In this document: positions 47,764 to 57,178 of the stretch, in pieces
Layout of the letters: the number at the start of each line of letters is the position of its first letter
Position numbering within the stretch: position 1 is the first letter of the stretch
Source of the DNA: Candidatus Gastranaerophilales bacterium
GTDB taxonomy: Bacteria; Cyanobacteriota; Vampirovibrionia; Gastranaerophilales; Gastranaerophilaceae
DNA length: 64,000 nt
Direction of reading: 5' to 3'
Assembly: GCA_944325595.1 (NCBI GenBank)
Contig: CALVAQ010000001.1
Location: forward strand, 89,380 to 153,379
Position numbers and translations under genes: made by a program
The notes under the pieces: model-generated
What the model was told of the DNA's origin: nothing
Database searches by the model: none
What the model saw: only the letters and a program-made list of their open reading frames with translations

Positions 47764-48885
47764 CTAATTCGGAAAAAGTCCTGACATTTTTTCCGTATAA
47801 AATTCCTGATATCTGTCTTCAAGAATTGCTTTTCTTGCCTCTTTTGCCAAATCTATGAGAAACTGAATATTGTGAATGCTCAAAAGTATTGCCGCTGTTG
47901 CTTCACCTGCTCTGTAGAGGTGTCTTATATATGCCTTTGTATGGTTTCTGCAGGCATAGCAATTACAATTTTTGTCCAACGCAGAAGCATCCTTTTCAAA
48001 TTCTTTGTTTTTGATGATTTTTCTGCCTTCTGATGTAAAGAAAGAACCGTGGCGGGCATTTCTTGTCGGCAAAACGCAGTCAAACATATCTACGCCCCTC
48101 AAAATTCCGTCAAGCAAATCTTCCGGTGTGCCTACACCCATCAAATATCTTGGTTTGAGTCTCGGCAAAAGAGGTGCTGTCAGTTCAACAAAGTGATTTT
48201 TTACATCTGCCGGCTCACCGACACTCACTCCTCCTATTGCATATCCGACAGCATCAAACGTGGAAATAACTCTGGCGCTTTCCCGTCTCAAGTCATCATA
48301 AAATGCTCCCTGAACAATGGGAAACAGAGCTTGATCTTCTCTTGTGTGGGCTTTAAAACATCTCTCAAGCCAACGGTGAGTTCTTTCCATAGCTGTCTTT
48401 GCTTCTTCGTATGTGCAAGGATACGGTGCACATTCATCAAAAGCCATTGCAATGTCAGCACCCAAATCCTGCTGAATCTCCATTGATATTTCGGGATTAA
48501 TAAAATACTCCGTACCTGTTTTGGCGTCTTTAAATTTGACACCTTCTTCCGTTATGTTTCTCAAATCAGCAAGGCTAAAAACCTGAAATCCGCCGGAATC
48601 TGTCAAAATCGGCTTGTCCCAGTTCATCCATTTGTGAAGACCGCCGAATTCTTTTATCAGTTTGTTTCCGGGGCGTAACGACAGGTGATATGAGTTGCCC
48701 AAAATAATTTGTGCGCCTGTATCTTTCAGGTGATCATTTGTCATCATTTTGACCGCAGAATTTGTACCTACAGGCATAAATATCGGAGTTTCAATATCTC
48801 CGTGCGGTGTATGCAAAAGACCGGCTCTCGCTCCGGTCTTTTTATCTTCGTTTAATAATGTATAACTGAAAAAATCACTTTTCAT
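47764..48885 (-). CDS. tgt: tRNA-guanine transglycosylase
   Basis: TPIFMPVGT, LTDSGGFQ and the zinc motif CNCYAC...H. The start ATG overlaps the ndk stop (TAATG). Confidence 0.95.
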   Translation of the reverse strand: MKSDFFSYTLLNEDKKTGARAGLLHTPHGDIETPIFMPVGTNSAVKMMTNDHLKDTGAQIILGNSYHLSLRPGNKLIKEFGGLHKWMNWDKPILTDSGGFQVFSLADLRNITEEGVKFKDAKTGTEYFINPEISMEIQQDLGADIAMAFDECAPYPCTYEEAKTAMERTHRWLERCFKAHTREDQALFPIVQGAFYDDLRRESARVISTFDAVGYAIGGVSVGEPADVKNHFVELTAPLLPRLKPRYLMGVGTPEDLLDGILRGVDMFDCVLPTRNARHGSFFTSEGRKIIKNKEFEKDASALDKNCNCYACRNHTKAYIRHLYRAGEATAAILLSIHNIQFLIDLAKEARKAILEDRYQEFYTEKMSGLFPN

Positions 48886-49340
48886 TACATGTTTTCCCAA
48901 ACATATTCCATCATTGTTTTCCAATTTTCGCAGAGTTCTTCAGGCTTAAAATAGATATTTATTTCTCTTTCTGCACTTTCAGGACAATCTGAGCCGTGAA
49001 TTGTATTGCATTCTTTTGTCTGGGCAAAATCAGCCCTGATTGTTCCTACCTGCGCATCATTCGGAACAGTAGAACCCATCATATGACGCATGCCCTCAAT
49101 TACATTCTGCCCTTCTACAACCATTGCAACAATAGGTCCTGAAGTTATATAATTAATCAAATTCTGGTAAAACGGTTTACCTTTGTGTTCAGCATAGTGT
49201 TGTTCAGCAATTTCAAGCGTAGGCTGGAGCATTTTGAGCCCGACAATTTTGTAGCCTTTGTGCTCAATTCTTCTGATGATATTGCCTATCAATCCTCTTT
49301 TTACGCCGTCCGGCTTGATTGCAACAAATGTTCTATCCAT
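48885..49340 (-). CDS. ndk: Nucleoside diphosphate kinase
   Basis: RTFVAIKPDGV and NTIHGSD (active-site His). The ATG at 49340 follows GGAGG. Confidence 0.93.
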   Translation of the reverse strand: MDRTFVAIKPDGVKRGLIGNIIRRIEHKGYKIVGLKMLQPTLEIAEQHYAEHKGKPFYQNLINYITSGPIVAMVVEGQNVIEGMRHMMGSTVPNDAQVGTIRADFAQTKECNTIHGSDCPESAEREINIYFKPEELCENWKTMMEYVWENM

Positions 49341-49576
49341 TAAAAAAACCTCCAATCAACCTTATTGAAACATAAAAAGCCCACAAAAGCAAACATATCA
49401 GGTATCTATATTTTTTCTATAACGACTTTTAAATATTTTTGTTTTATAATCATCTATGAAAAAATGTTAAGAATAAAATTTTGCGCTAGCATTTTTTTTC
49501 ATGTTTGTATTTCATATAATTGACCGGATAAATACTTTCCGGTTATTTTGACTCAAGAGAAAGCCGAACACCGCAC

Positions 49577-50155
49577 ATGAATTCTTTTCTCAAAAAAATA
49601 GCAAAAACCGCATATAATCTGGGGGATCACAATGACCCTTTAAACGCAGTGCTTGCAATTGCTATTTTTAAAGGTATCAACCGTCCTATTTTTACCATGA
49701 TGGACAAAGAGTCAGACCCGAAGACCAAAAAATATGCAGCGTTCAGAGAAGGACTGACAGAGGTAATTGCTGCTCTCACATATGTTGCAACAAACAAAGC
49801 TCTTGTCGGACCCCTTACAAAGTTTCTTCACAAAAAAACAGGCGGACATGAAGGCAGAATTAAAAACGCACTTGAGTTTGTGTGTGTTTGTTTGAGTGCT
49901 GTTTGTATTATTCCGGCTGTTTGCAATATTGCTTTGAATCCGGTAATGAACGGTGTTCAAAAGCTTCAAAATAAAAAAGCTGGGAAAGGCAGTGTTTCCA
50001 AACTGGACATAAAAGAAACAGTTGTTGACGAGAAACCTGCAGCAATGCATGCATTGCCGGAACGGACAGTTGTTGCCGGTCCAAACAGCCTGCTTACCGG
50101 ATTGCAGTTGAAATATACTCAGAACATCGGCGGAAATATGAAGGTGGGGGGATAG
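49577..50155 (+). CDS. Hypothetical membrane protein, paralogue of the downstream gene
   Basis: It shares GxxRPxFTxxDKxxDxxTKKY and a C-terminal hPhM motif with the next ORF. Confidence 0.55.
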   Translation: MNSFLKKIAKTAYNLGDHNDPLNAVLAIAIFKGINRPIFTMMDKESDPKTKKYAAFREGLTEVIAALTYVATNKALVGPLTKFLHKKTGGHEGRIKNALEFVCVCLSAVCIIPAVCNIALNPVMNGVQKLQNKKAGKGSVSKLDIKETVVDEKPAAMHALPERTVVAGPNSLLTGLQLKYTQNIGGNMKVGG

Positions 50156-50158
50156 AAT

Positions 50159-50893
50159 ATGCTTAGCGGAATTGTAAATGCAATATCTCAGCCGGGTTTT
50201 CAAAACCTCATTCAAAATACTACCGCTCAGGTTTCGATAGAAACCGGATTGAAAGCCGTAGGTCGTCCTTTGTTTACCCTTGCCGACAAACATGCCGATA
50301 AGGAAACAAAAAAATACTCTGCGACAAAAGAACTCCTGTATCAAATTTTGTGCCTCGGTATTTATCTTCTTGTTATTCCTCCTATTTTTAAAAGAGGCGG
50401 TTTTAAAATATTTCAGAAACTCTGCAACAAAATAGACGGTGACAAAGCAGGAAAAGGCGCAGAATTTTTGAAAGAAATAACCAAAGGCAAAATCAGCAAA
50501 TGTGCAGTAAATGAGTTTAAAAATGAAAAAGGGCTTCTTGCAATGTTCAAACTCAGCCATATGCCTGTTGCTGACAGAAATGACCCGAAAAACAAACTTG
50601 CTGTTAATTTGCTTAAAACACTTAAAGAAAATCTGACAGATTCAAAAGAGTCTGAAGAAATTCTCAGAAAAATAAAAACACTCAGCAAAGAAGATGACTA
50701 TTTCAGACAGTTTTATATTGCCAAAGGCGGTATTGAAATGAGCTCTATAGTCGGTTCTGTTGTAGGTTTGACTGTGCTGGCGCCCGAGTTGAGCCATTTG
50801 ATTCTTCATCCGATAATGAAGGCAATCGGAATGGAAAAATCAAAAGAATCTGCCCAAACAGATATTTCAAACAAACTCGATAAACAGGCATAG
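50159..50893 (+). CDS. Hypothetical membrane protein, paralogue of the upstream gene
   Basis: AVGRPLFTLADKHADKETKKYSATKE aligns with GINRPIFTMMDKESDPKTKKYAAFRE of the previous ORF. The start is 3 nt after the upstream stop. Confidence 0.55.
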   Translation: MLSGIVNAISQPGFQNLIQNTTAQVSIETGLKAVGRPLFTLADKHADKETKKYSATKELLYQILCLGIYLLVIPPIFKRGGFKIFQKLCNKIDGDKAGKGAEFLKEITKGKISKCAVNEFKNEKGLLAMFKLSHMPVADRNDPKNKLAVNLLKTLKENLTDSKESEEILRKIKTLSKEDDYFRQFYIAKGGIEMSSIVGSVVGLTVLAPELSHLILHPIMKAIGMEKSKESAQTDISNKLDKQA

Positions 50894-51141
50894 ACCATTT
50901 GTAAAAATTTTGTGATTTGAATAATTATTTTTAAAATTCAGGAACAAATTTATATATTTGTAAAAATTGCTACATATTTTTAAATTTTTATTAGATTTTT
51001 GTTCAAATTTCATGATAGATTAAAGTTACCTTGAATCCGTATATTAAGAATAGAAAAGAAAACAAACGTAAAAATGGTCTTACGTTTTCGGAAGATAAGG
51101 AATTAGACAGTTGAAGATTTAAGTCAAGGAGATTTATTAAG

Positions 51142-51771
51142 ATGCCGGATTATTTGACCAAAGAAGAGATAAAACAGTGGAGAAGTTCTTTGGAGAAAAT
51201 TACCCTAGAAGACTATGCAAAAAGATTGGGGAAAGTAATTTCGGAGGAAAAAGAAACAAATGATATGGTGGATATGGTATACAAACACCATTCTTCAGAA
51301 GTCAGATATGTGACAACAGAAGAACCGTCTGTTTCAAAAAGCAATTTTAAAGTAGAAAAAATAGGCGCTCTCGCCCAGCAGTCTTTTGAAAGAGAAAAAG
51401 AATTGTCTCTTGAAAAAGCCGAAAGAAATGCAAGAAAAAAACTTGATGAAAAAAGAGCTGCAAAACATGAGACAAAATCAGCAGCCGCAGCAAAAAAAGT
51501 TTCTTCAAAAGAAACAGCAAAAAAACGGATTGCTCCTGTCCTTGATGATATTCAAGTTTCTTTCAAAAAAAATCTTACACCGAGAGAACAGGCTGTTTTT
51601 GAGCATTTTGTCAGCCACAAAAACAGCATAGTCTATGCAAAAGAACTGGCTCAGGTTCTTGATTTGCCGAGAGATTATGTATACAAATACATCAAAAACC
51701 TCAGAGCAAAGATGAATGAAAATGCTATTCAGAATGCTGACAACGGCGGATTTATTCTGGAGATAAAATAG
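51142..51771 (+). CDS. Putative DNA-binding protein with a C-terminal OmpR/PhoB-like winged helix and no receiver domain
   Basis: LTPREQAVFEHFVSHKNSIVYAKELAQVLDLPRDYVYKYIKNLRAKM resembles the trans_reg_C pattern. A Lys/Ala-rich linker precedes it. Confidence 0.5.
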   Translation: MPDYLTKEEIKQWRSSLEKITLEDYAKRLGKVISEEKETNDMVDMVYKHHSSEVRYVTTEEPSVSKSNFKVEKIGALAQQSFEREKELSLEKAERNARKKLDEKRAAKHETKSAAAAKKVSSKETAKKRIAPVLDDIQVSFKKNLTPREQAVFEHFVSHKNSIVYAKELAQVLDLPRDYVYKYIKNLRAKMNENAIQNADNGGFILEIK

Positions 51772-51789
51772 AATTAATCAATTAAAACA

Positions 51790-51825
51790 AAAAACAGATA
51801 CTTTTTGAAAGTATCTGTTTTTTTA
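51790..51825 (+). terminator. Rho-independent terminator
   Basis: An 11-bp stem, ACAGATACTTT ttg AAAGTATCTGT, followed by a T run. Confidence 0.8.
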
Positions 51826-51861
51826 TGTCTAAAAAAATGATTAAGCTATGTAAACCTACAT

Positions 51862-51890
51862 TTGACCTTGATTTTCCTTTGTTTTACTAT
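51862..51890 (+). promoter_or_regulatory. Sigma-70-type promoter candidate for metK
   Basis: TTGACC, 17-nt spacer, TACTAT, ending 54 nt upstream of the metK ATG. Confidence 0.45.
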
Positions 51891-51943
51891 GTTCGTAATC
51901 CCGGAGAGTCACCCGGGTTAGTTATGAAAGGGAATATGACAAA

Positions 51944-53215
51944 ATGACATCAAAGAGATTTCTTTTTACATCGGAATCAGTTACCGAAGGTCACCCCGAC
52001 AAAGTATGCGACCAGATTTCCGATGCAATTTTGGATGAATTTCTTACAAAAGACAAACACTCAAGAGTTGCTGCAGAAACTACAGTAACAACAGGTATGG
52101 CTCTTGTCTGCGGAGAAATCACATCTGACTGCTACGTGGATATCCCCGCAGTGGTAAGAAACACTATCAAAAATATCGGCTATGCCGGAGCTGAAGGCGG
52201 CGGTTTTGACTACAAAAACTGTGCGGTTTTGACATCAATTGATGAACAGTCTACTGATATTGCCGGAGGCGTAAATAAAGCACTTGAGGCAAGAAATGAC
52301 AATGCAGATACTTCTGCCAGCGAAACAGAAGAAGTCGGTGCCGGCGACCAGGGTATTATGTTTGGTTTTGCATGTGATGAAACACCTGAACTTATGCCTT
52401 TGCCTATCAGTCTGGCACACAAACTGTCATACAGACTTGCTCAGGTTAGAAAAAACGGCTCTTTAGGCTACTTGAGACCGGACGGAAAATCACAGGTTAC
52501 TGTAGAATATGTTGAAGGCAGACCTTCAAGAATTGATACAATTGTTCTTTCAACACAACATGATCCTGAAATTAAAGGAGTTTCCGACAATAAAGAAGTT
52601 CAGGAAATAATCAGACAGGATTTGATAGAAAAAGTAATCGAACCCGTATTTGAGAACTGTTCAATCAAACCTGATGAAAATACAAAATATCTTATCAACC
52701 CTTCGGGTCGATTTGTTATCGGCGGTCCTCAGGGTGATGCCGGTTTGACAGGAAGAAAAATTATTGTTGATACATACGGCGGATATTCCCGTCACGGCGG
52801 CGGTGCATTCTCGGGAAAAGACCCGACAAAAGTTGACCGTTCCGCAGCTTATGCATCACGTTATGTTGCAAAGAATGTTGTTGCTGCAGGTTTGGCTCAA
52901 AAATGCGAGGTTGAACTTGCATATGCCATCGGCGTGGCTGAACCGGTTTCTGTTATGGTTGATACGTTTGGTACAGGCGTTATTTCCGATGATGAAATTT
53001 CAGCACTGGTCAAAAAGAATTTTGACTTGAGACCTGCCGCTATTATCAAACAGTTTGACCTCAGAGGCTTGCCGGCTAAAAACGGCGGCAAATTCTATCA
53101 GCTACTTGCTGCATACGGACATATGGGTCGTACAGACATAGATGTTCCGTGGGAGCATACAGACAAAGCTGCTTTGCTAAAAGAACAAGCAGGACTTGCC
53201 TGTTGTAAAGCATAA
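51944..53215 (+). CDS. metK: S-adenosylmethionine synthase
   Basis: [24 protein letters not shown] and [16 protein letters not shown] motifs. Confidence 0.97.
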   Translation: MTSKRFLFTSESVTEGHPDKVCDQISDAILDEFLTKDKHSRVAAETTVTTGMALVCGEITSDCYVDIPAVVRNTIKNIGYAGAEGGGFDYKNCAVLTSIDEQSTDIAGGVNKALEARNDNADTSASETEEVGAGDQGIMFGFACDETPELMPLPISLAHKLSYRLAQVRKNGSLGYLRPDGKSQVTVEYVEGRPSRIDTIVLSTQHDPEIKGVSDNKEVQEIIRQDLIEKVIEPVFENCSIKPDENTKYLINPSGRFVIGGPQGDAGLTGRKIIVDTYGGYSRHGGGAFSGKDPTKVDRSAAYASRYVAKNVVAAGLAQKCEVELAYAIGVAEPVSVMVDTFGTGVISDDEISALVKKNFDLRPAAIIKQFDLRGLPAKNGGKFYQLLAAYGHMGRTDIDVPWEHTDKAALLKEQAGLACCKA

Positions 53216-53230
53216 ACTTGTGTGAAAGCT
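53209..53230 (+). repeat. Direct repeat copy 1 (AGCATAAACTTGTGTGAAAGCT), containing the metK stop codon
   Basis: A perfect 22-nt match to 53341-53362. Confidence 0.9.
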
Positions 53231-53340
53231 TGAAGGGCTTTCAGAAGTGAAAGACCGAAAAGCTGTAACCGTTAGAAACCGCCGTTGTGAAGGTAATGTA
53301 ATTACCTGAACGAACAAATCTCAGATTTGACAGGCGGGGT

Positions 53341-53362
53341 AGCATAAACTTGTGTGAAAGCT
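53341..53362 (+). repeat. Direct repeat copy 2 (AGCATAAACTTGTGTGAAAGCT)
   Basis: A perfect 22-nt match to 53209-53230, offset by 132 nt. Confidence 0.9.
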
Positions 53363-53384
53363 ACAACCGTAAAATTTAATTGAA

Positions 53385-53420
53385 ACAGACCGATTTTTTA
53401 AAAAATCGGCCTGTTTTTTT
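53385..53420 (+). terminator. Rho-independent terminator downstream of metK
   Basis: ACAGACCGATTTTTT / AAAAAATCGGCCTGT long stem with one mismatch, followed by TTTTTTT. Confidence 0.75.
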
Positions 53421-53467
53421 AAAAAACACACAAAATTTATCAAAAATTCATCAAATTTCGCTATTTT

Positions 53468-53497
53468 TTGGAAAAAATCTCAAAAAAATGCTAAAAT
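53468..53497 (+). promoter_or_regulatory. Sigma-70-type promoter candidate for ilvB
   Basis: TTGGAA, 18-nt spacer, TAAAAT, ending 41 nt upstream of the ilvB ATG. Confidence 0.5.
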
Positions 53498-53537
53498 ATT
53501 CTATCTGGATAAATATTTTTGGAGAAATTTTATTTAA

Positions 53538-55268
53538 ATGACAACTACTGAAACAGAAACAAAGAAACTAACCGGAGCGCAAATTTTTCTTGAATGTCTA
53601 AAAAAAGAAGGCGTAAGCGAAATCTTCGGATATCCGGGCGGTGTAATCCTCGGAATATATGAAGCATTATACAATTGTGATTATATAAAACACTATCTTG
53701 TCCGTCATGAACAAGCAGCAATTCATGCTGCCGAAGGTTATGCCAGAGTTACGGGTAAACCCGGTGTGGCTCTTGTTACATCAGGTCCCGGTGCAACAAA
53801 TGCAATTACCGGAATTGCAAATGCATACTATGACGGCTATCCGCTTGTTGTATTTACCGGTCAGGTGGGTGTAAACCAGATTGGAAATGATGCTTTTCAA
53901 GAAGCTGATATTATCGGCATAACACGTCCTTGCTGCAAACATAACTATCTTGTAAAAGACGTGAAAGACCTTTCAAGGATTATAAAAGAAGCATTTCATA
54001 TTGCCACAACCGGCAAACCCGGTCCGGTTGTCGTAGATATGCCCAAAGACGTTTTGAGCAGTTCAAGCGAGTTTGTTTGGCCGGAAACTGTCAAACTGCC
54101 GGGATATAATCCGAATTATAACGGTCACCCGAAACAGGTTTCAAAAGCACTTGAGTTGTTGTGTGATGCAGAAAGACCGGTTATTCTTGCAGGCGGCGGG
54201 ATAGTTGCTTCTGATGCAATGGAAGAACTCAAACAGCTTTCAGAAAAGCTGAATATTCCCGTCACCAATACTCTTATGGCAAAAGGTGTTTTTCCGGAAA
54301 CTGATTCGAAATCTCTTGGAATGCTGGGTATGCACGGAAATTTCTGGGCAAACTTTGCAGTGACAAACTGTGATGTCTTGTTTGCTATAGGTACAAGGTT
54401 CAACGACAGAATTACGGGCTGTTTGAAACGATTTGCAAAAGATGCGCAAATTATACATGTTGATATAGACCCATGTTCTATCAACAAAAATGTAAAAATT
54501 GACATACCGATTATCGGTGATGCAAAAAATGTTATGAGGGCAATGCTTGATGAATTTGATTCAAACAATTATGAGATAAATTACGAGGTAAAACAATCCT
54601 GGCTTGAACAAATTCATGAATGGAAAAAAAGACGTCCTGCAATTGAACATCCTACAGACAAGTTGAGCGCTGTTACGGTAATCCAGAAACTCTATGATTA
54701 TGTAAAAGATATGGATCCAATAATCACAACAGAGGTCGGACAGCACCAGATGTGGGCAGCACAGCTCTGCAAAATGACAAAACCCCGCCGGTTTATTACC
54801 TCAGGCGGTCTGGGTACAATGGGGTTTGGCTTTCCTGCCGCAATGGGGGCATCCGTTGGCTGCAAAGACAAAACGGTTATAAATATTGCCGGTGACGGCA
54901 GTATTCAGATGAATATTCAGGAGCTTGCCACATGTGTAGCTTACAATATTCCGGTTATTAACGTCATCATAGACAACGGGTATCTCGGAATGGTGCGTCA
55001 GTGGCAGGAGAAACTCTATCACAAACACTATTCTCAAACAAAAATCTCCGGTCCGGATTTTGTCAAAGTTGCTGAAGCATATGGTGCAAAAGGTTTTAGG
55101 ATAACCAGAGAAGAAGAGATTATTCCGACACTGAAGGAAGCAATAGAATGTAAAAAACCGGTGTTTATTGATGTTGTTGTAGAAGAATGTGAAATGGTTT
55201 ATCCGTGGGTTCTTGCGGGTAATCCGCTTAACAAAGTTCTTCTCTCAAATGATTGTCCTATTAATTAA
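53538..55268 (+). CDS. ilvB: Acetolactate synthase large subunit
   Basis: TPP enzyme: GYPGG, the GPGATN loop and the TPP motif GDGSIQMNIQELAT...NN. Confidence 0.95.
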   Translation: MTTTETETKKLTGAQIFLECLKKEGVSEIFGYPGGVILGIYEALYNCDYIKHYLVRHEQAAIHAAEGYARVTGKPGVALVTSGPGATNAITGIANAYYDGYPLVVFTGQVGVNQIGNDAFQEADIIGITRPCCKHNYLVKDVKDLSRIIKEAFHIATTGKPGPVVVDMPKDVLSSSSEFVWPETVKLPGYNPNYNGHPKQVSKALELLCDAERPVILAGGGIVASDAMEELKQLSEKLNIPVTNTLMAKGVFPETDSKSLGMLGMHGNFWANFAVTNCDVLFAIGTRFNDRITGCLKRFAKDAQIIHVDIDPCSINKNVKIDIPIIGDAKNVMRAMLDEFDSNNYEINYEVKQSWLEQIHEWKKRRPAIEHPTDKLSAVTVIQKLYDYVKDMDPIITTEVGQHQMWAAQLCKMTKPRRFITSGGLGTMGFGFPAAMGASVGCKDKTVINIAGDGSIQMNIQELATCVAYNIPVINVIIDNGYLGMVRQWQEKLYHKHYSQTKISGPDFVKVAEAYGAKGFRITREEEIIPTLKEAIECKKPVFIDVVVEECEMVYPWVLAGNPLNKVLLSNDCPIN

Positions 55269-55279
55269 AAAGGTGAAAA

Positions 55280-55792
55280 ATGCAAAACAAAAATCATGTA
55301 ATATCAGTTCTTGTAAAAGATGAGGCAGGTATAGTATCCCGTGTCAGCGGTTTGTTTTCGGGCAGAGGATACAGTATTGAAAGCATTACTGCTGCACAGA
55401 CAAGCGAGAAAGGCTATGCCAGAATTACTATAGAAACTTCAGGCGGCGATGCAGATGTAATTGAACAGATTACAAAACAGCTCAACAGACTCATTCCCGT
55501 GCTAAAGGTTGTTGATTTGGGCGATGTTGAGTCTATAGAGCGTGAACTTATTCTATGCAAAGTTGTGGCAAAAGATGAAGACAGGTCTGAGATTTTGAGA
55601 ATTGCGGAGATTTTTAATGCGAAAATCATAGACGTTACGCCAAGAACATACACACTTCAAGCTCTCGGAGATGAAAGACAAATCCGCTCGCTCATCGAGC
55701 TTTTGAGACCTATAGGTATCAGAGAACTTGTCCGTTCGGGAAAAGTGGGTATTACCCGTTCAAATCAGTTTACGACAAAGGCGGCAGAATAA
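55280..55792 (+). CDS. ilvN: Acetolactate synthase small (regulatory, ACT) subunit
   Basis: HVISVLVKDEAGIVSRVSGLFSGRGYSIESIT is the canonical IlvN/IlvH N-terminus. Confidence 0.92.
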   Translation: MQNKNHVISVLVKDEAGIVSRVSGLFSGRGYSIESITAAQTSEKGYARITIETSGGDADVIEQITKQLNRLIPVLKVVDLGDVESIERELILCKVVAKDEDRSEILRIAEIFNAKIIDVTPRTYTLQALGDERQIRSLIELLRPIGIRELVRSGKVGITRSNQFTTKAAE

Positions 55793-55795
55793 TCT

Positions 55796-57178
55796 ATGAA
55801 TATTGCTTTTGTGCCGATAGACAACAGACCGGTTTGCTATAGCCTTGCAAAACAAATTGCGGATATAGATAGTGAGATTAATCTTTTTTTGCCGGACAAA
55901 AGTCTGCTCGGTGATTTGACAAAAACCGCTGATATTGAGGGCATTTTAAACTGGCTAGAAAACCTTTCACAAATTGACAAAGTAGTTGTTGCCCTTGATA
56001 CAATTGCATACGGGGGGCTTGTTCCTTCAAGAAGATGCAATGATTCTTTTGAAACAATAAAAAAAAGAATAGACAGGTTGAAAAATATCCTTCAAAAAAA
56101 ACATGCTCAGGTATACGCTTTTTCCAGCATAATGCGTATTTCAAACAACAATGTAAATGAAGAAGAGAAGGAATACTGGAATTTATACGGAAAAAAGATT
56201 TTTAAATACTCTTACGACTACCACAAAAACGGAAAAGCCGATATTGATATTCCCGAAGATATTTTAAAAGATTATCTTCAAACCAGAAACAGAAATTTTG
56301 AAATAAACAAGCTGTATATAAAATGGTCTCAGGAGCATTTTTTGAACACTCTGGTATATTCAAAAGATGACTGTGCCGAGTACGGACTGAATGTAGCAGA
56401 GGCAAAGGTTCTTGAAATTCACATAACGGCAAACAAACTCAACGCTCTGGTCAAAACGGGTGCGGACGAAATACCGCTCAGTCTTCTGGGCAGAGCAATT
56501 TTGGATGAATATGGTAAGAAAATCAAAATAGCGCCTGTATACACGGAGCCGGATTATACTGCTAAAATTTCGAGATATGAGGATGTTTCTGTCTGTGATT
56601 CGGTAAAAAGTCAGATAGAACTGATTGGTGCTGAATATTGCGAAAATATCGAGGAAACAGACCTTGTTCTTTTTGTAAATAATTTCAAAGAAGAACAGGG
56701 TGAACTTGTTATGGGTGTGGATGTTGAAGGCTTCAAAGGTACTCTGGATATGCCTCAAAAACCATATCTTATAGCTGATATTAGAAATGCAAACGGGGCG
56801 GATAATGATTTTGTTCATCAGTTGTTAAAGCACAAACCGGATTTCAAAAACTTTCTCGGATACGGCGGCTGGAATACGACAGGTAATACTCTGGGCAGTA
56901 TTTTGTGCTGTGCAATCGTAAAATATCTGGCAAAAACACCCGACATCAATGCTTTCAAAAAAGTACAGGCTATCAGGTTTTTGGATGATTGGGCATATCA
57001 GGCGAATGTGAGAAAGAAACTGAAATCGTATTTGTCAGAAATTTCTGTTTCCAATCTTCAAAAAGAAATGTTGCCGTATGAAGAAACAATCAAAAAGTAC
57101 CTTTCATATGACTTTAAGGAGCCAGAATATTCATATCCGTGGAACAGATTTTTTGAGATAGAACTTGAAATAGTCTGA
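55796..57178 (+). CDS. DUF4127-like protein of unknown function
   Basis: The N-terminal FVPIDNRPVCY resembles the (V/L)PLDERPCNY start I associate with DUF4127. It is 460 aa and starts 3 nt after the ilvN stop. Confidence 0.55.
   Translation: MNIAFVPIDNRPVCYSLAKQIADIDSEINLFLPDKSLLGDLTKTADIEGILNWLENLSQIDKVVVALDTIAYGGLVPSRRCNDSFETIKKRIDRLKNILQKKHAQVYAFSSIMRISNNNVNEEEKEYWNLYGKKIFKYSYDYHKNGKADIDIPEDILKDYLQTRNRNFEINKLYIKWSQEHFLNTLVYSKDDCAEYGLNVAEAKVLEIHITANKLNALVKTGADEIPLSLLGRAILDEYGKKIKIAPVYTEPDYTAKISRYEDVSVCDSVKSQIELIGAEYCENIEETDLVLFVNNFKEEQGELVMGVDVEGFKGTLDMPQKPYLIADIRNANGADNDFVHQLLKHKPDFKNFLGYGGWNTTGNTLGSILCCAIVKYLAKTPDINAFKKVQAIRFLDDWAYQANVRKKLKSYLSEISVSNLQKEMLPYEETIKKYLSYDFKEPEYSYPWNRFFEIELEIV

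Noticed and set aside
49712-50560. A 282-aa minus-strand ORF spanning the two tandem paralogue genes.
   Set aside because: Its composition is junk-like (F, C, N and K-rich with no motifs). It is antisense to two ORFs that are mutually homologous and tightly spaced, and I saw no RBS or start context. It is probably an AT-rich shadow ORF.
51891-51943. A hairpin (CCCGG agagtcac CCGGG, 51900-51917) in the short metK leader, considered as a SAM riboswitch.
   Set aside because: The leader of about 50 nt is far too short for SAM-I. I cannot see the conserved cores of the SAM-II, SAM-V or SAM/SAH classes. Only weak potential pairing of TCCC with the RBS GGGA exists. It would need an Infernal scan to revisit.
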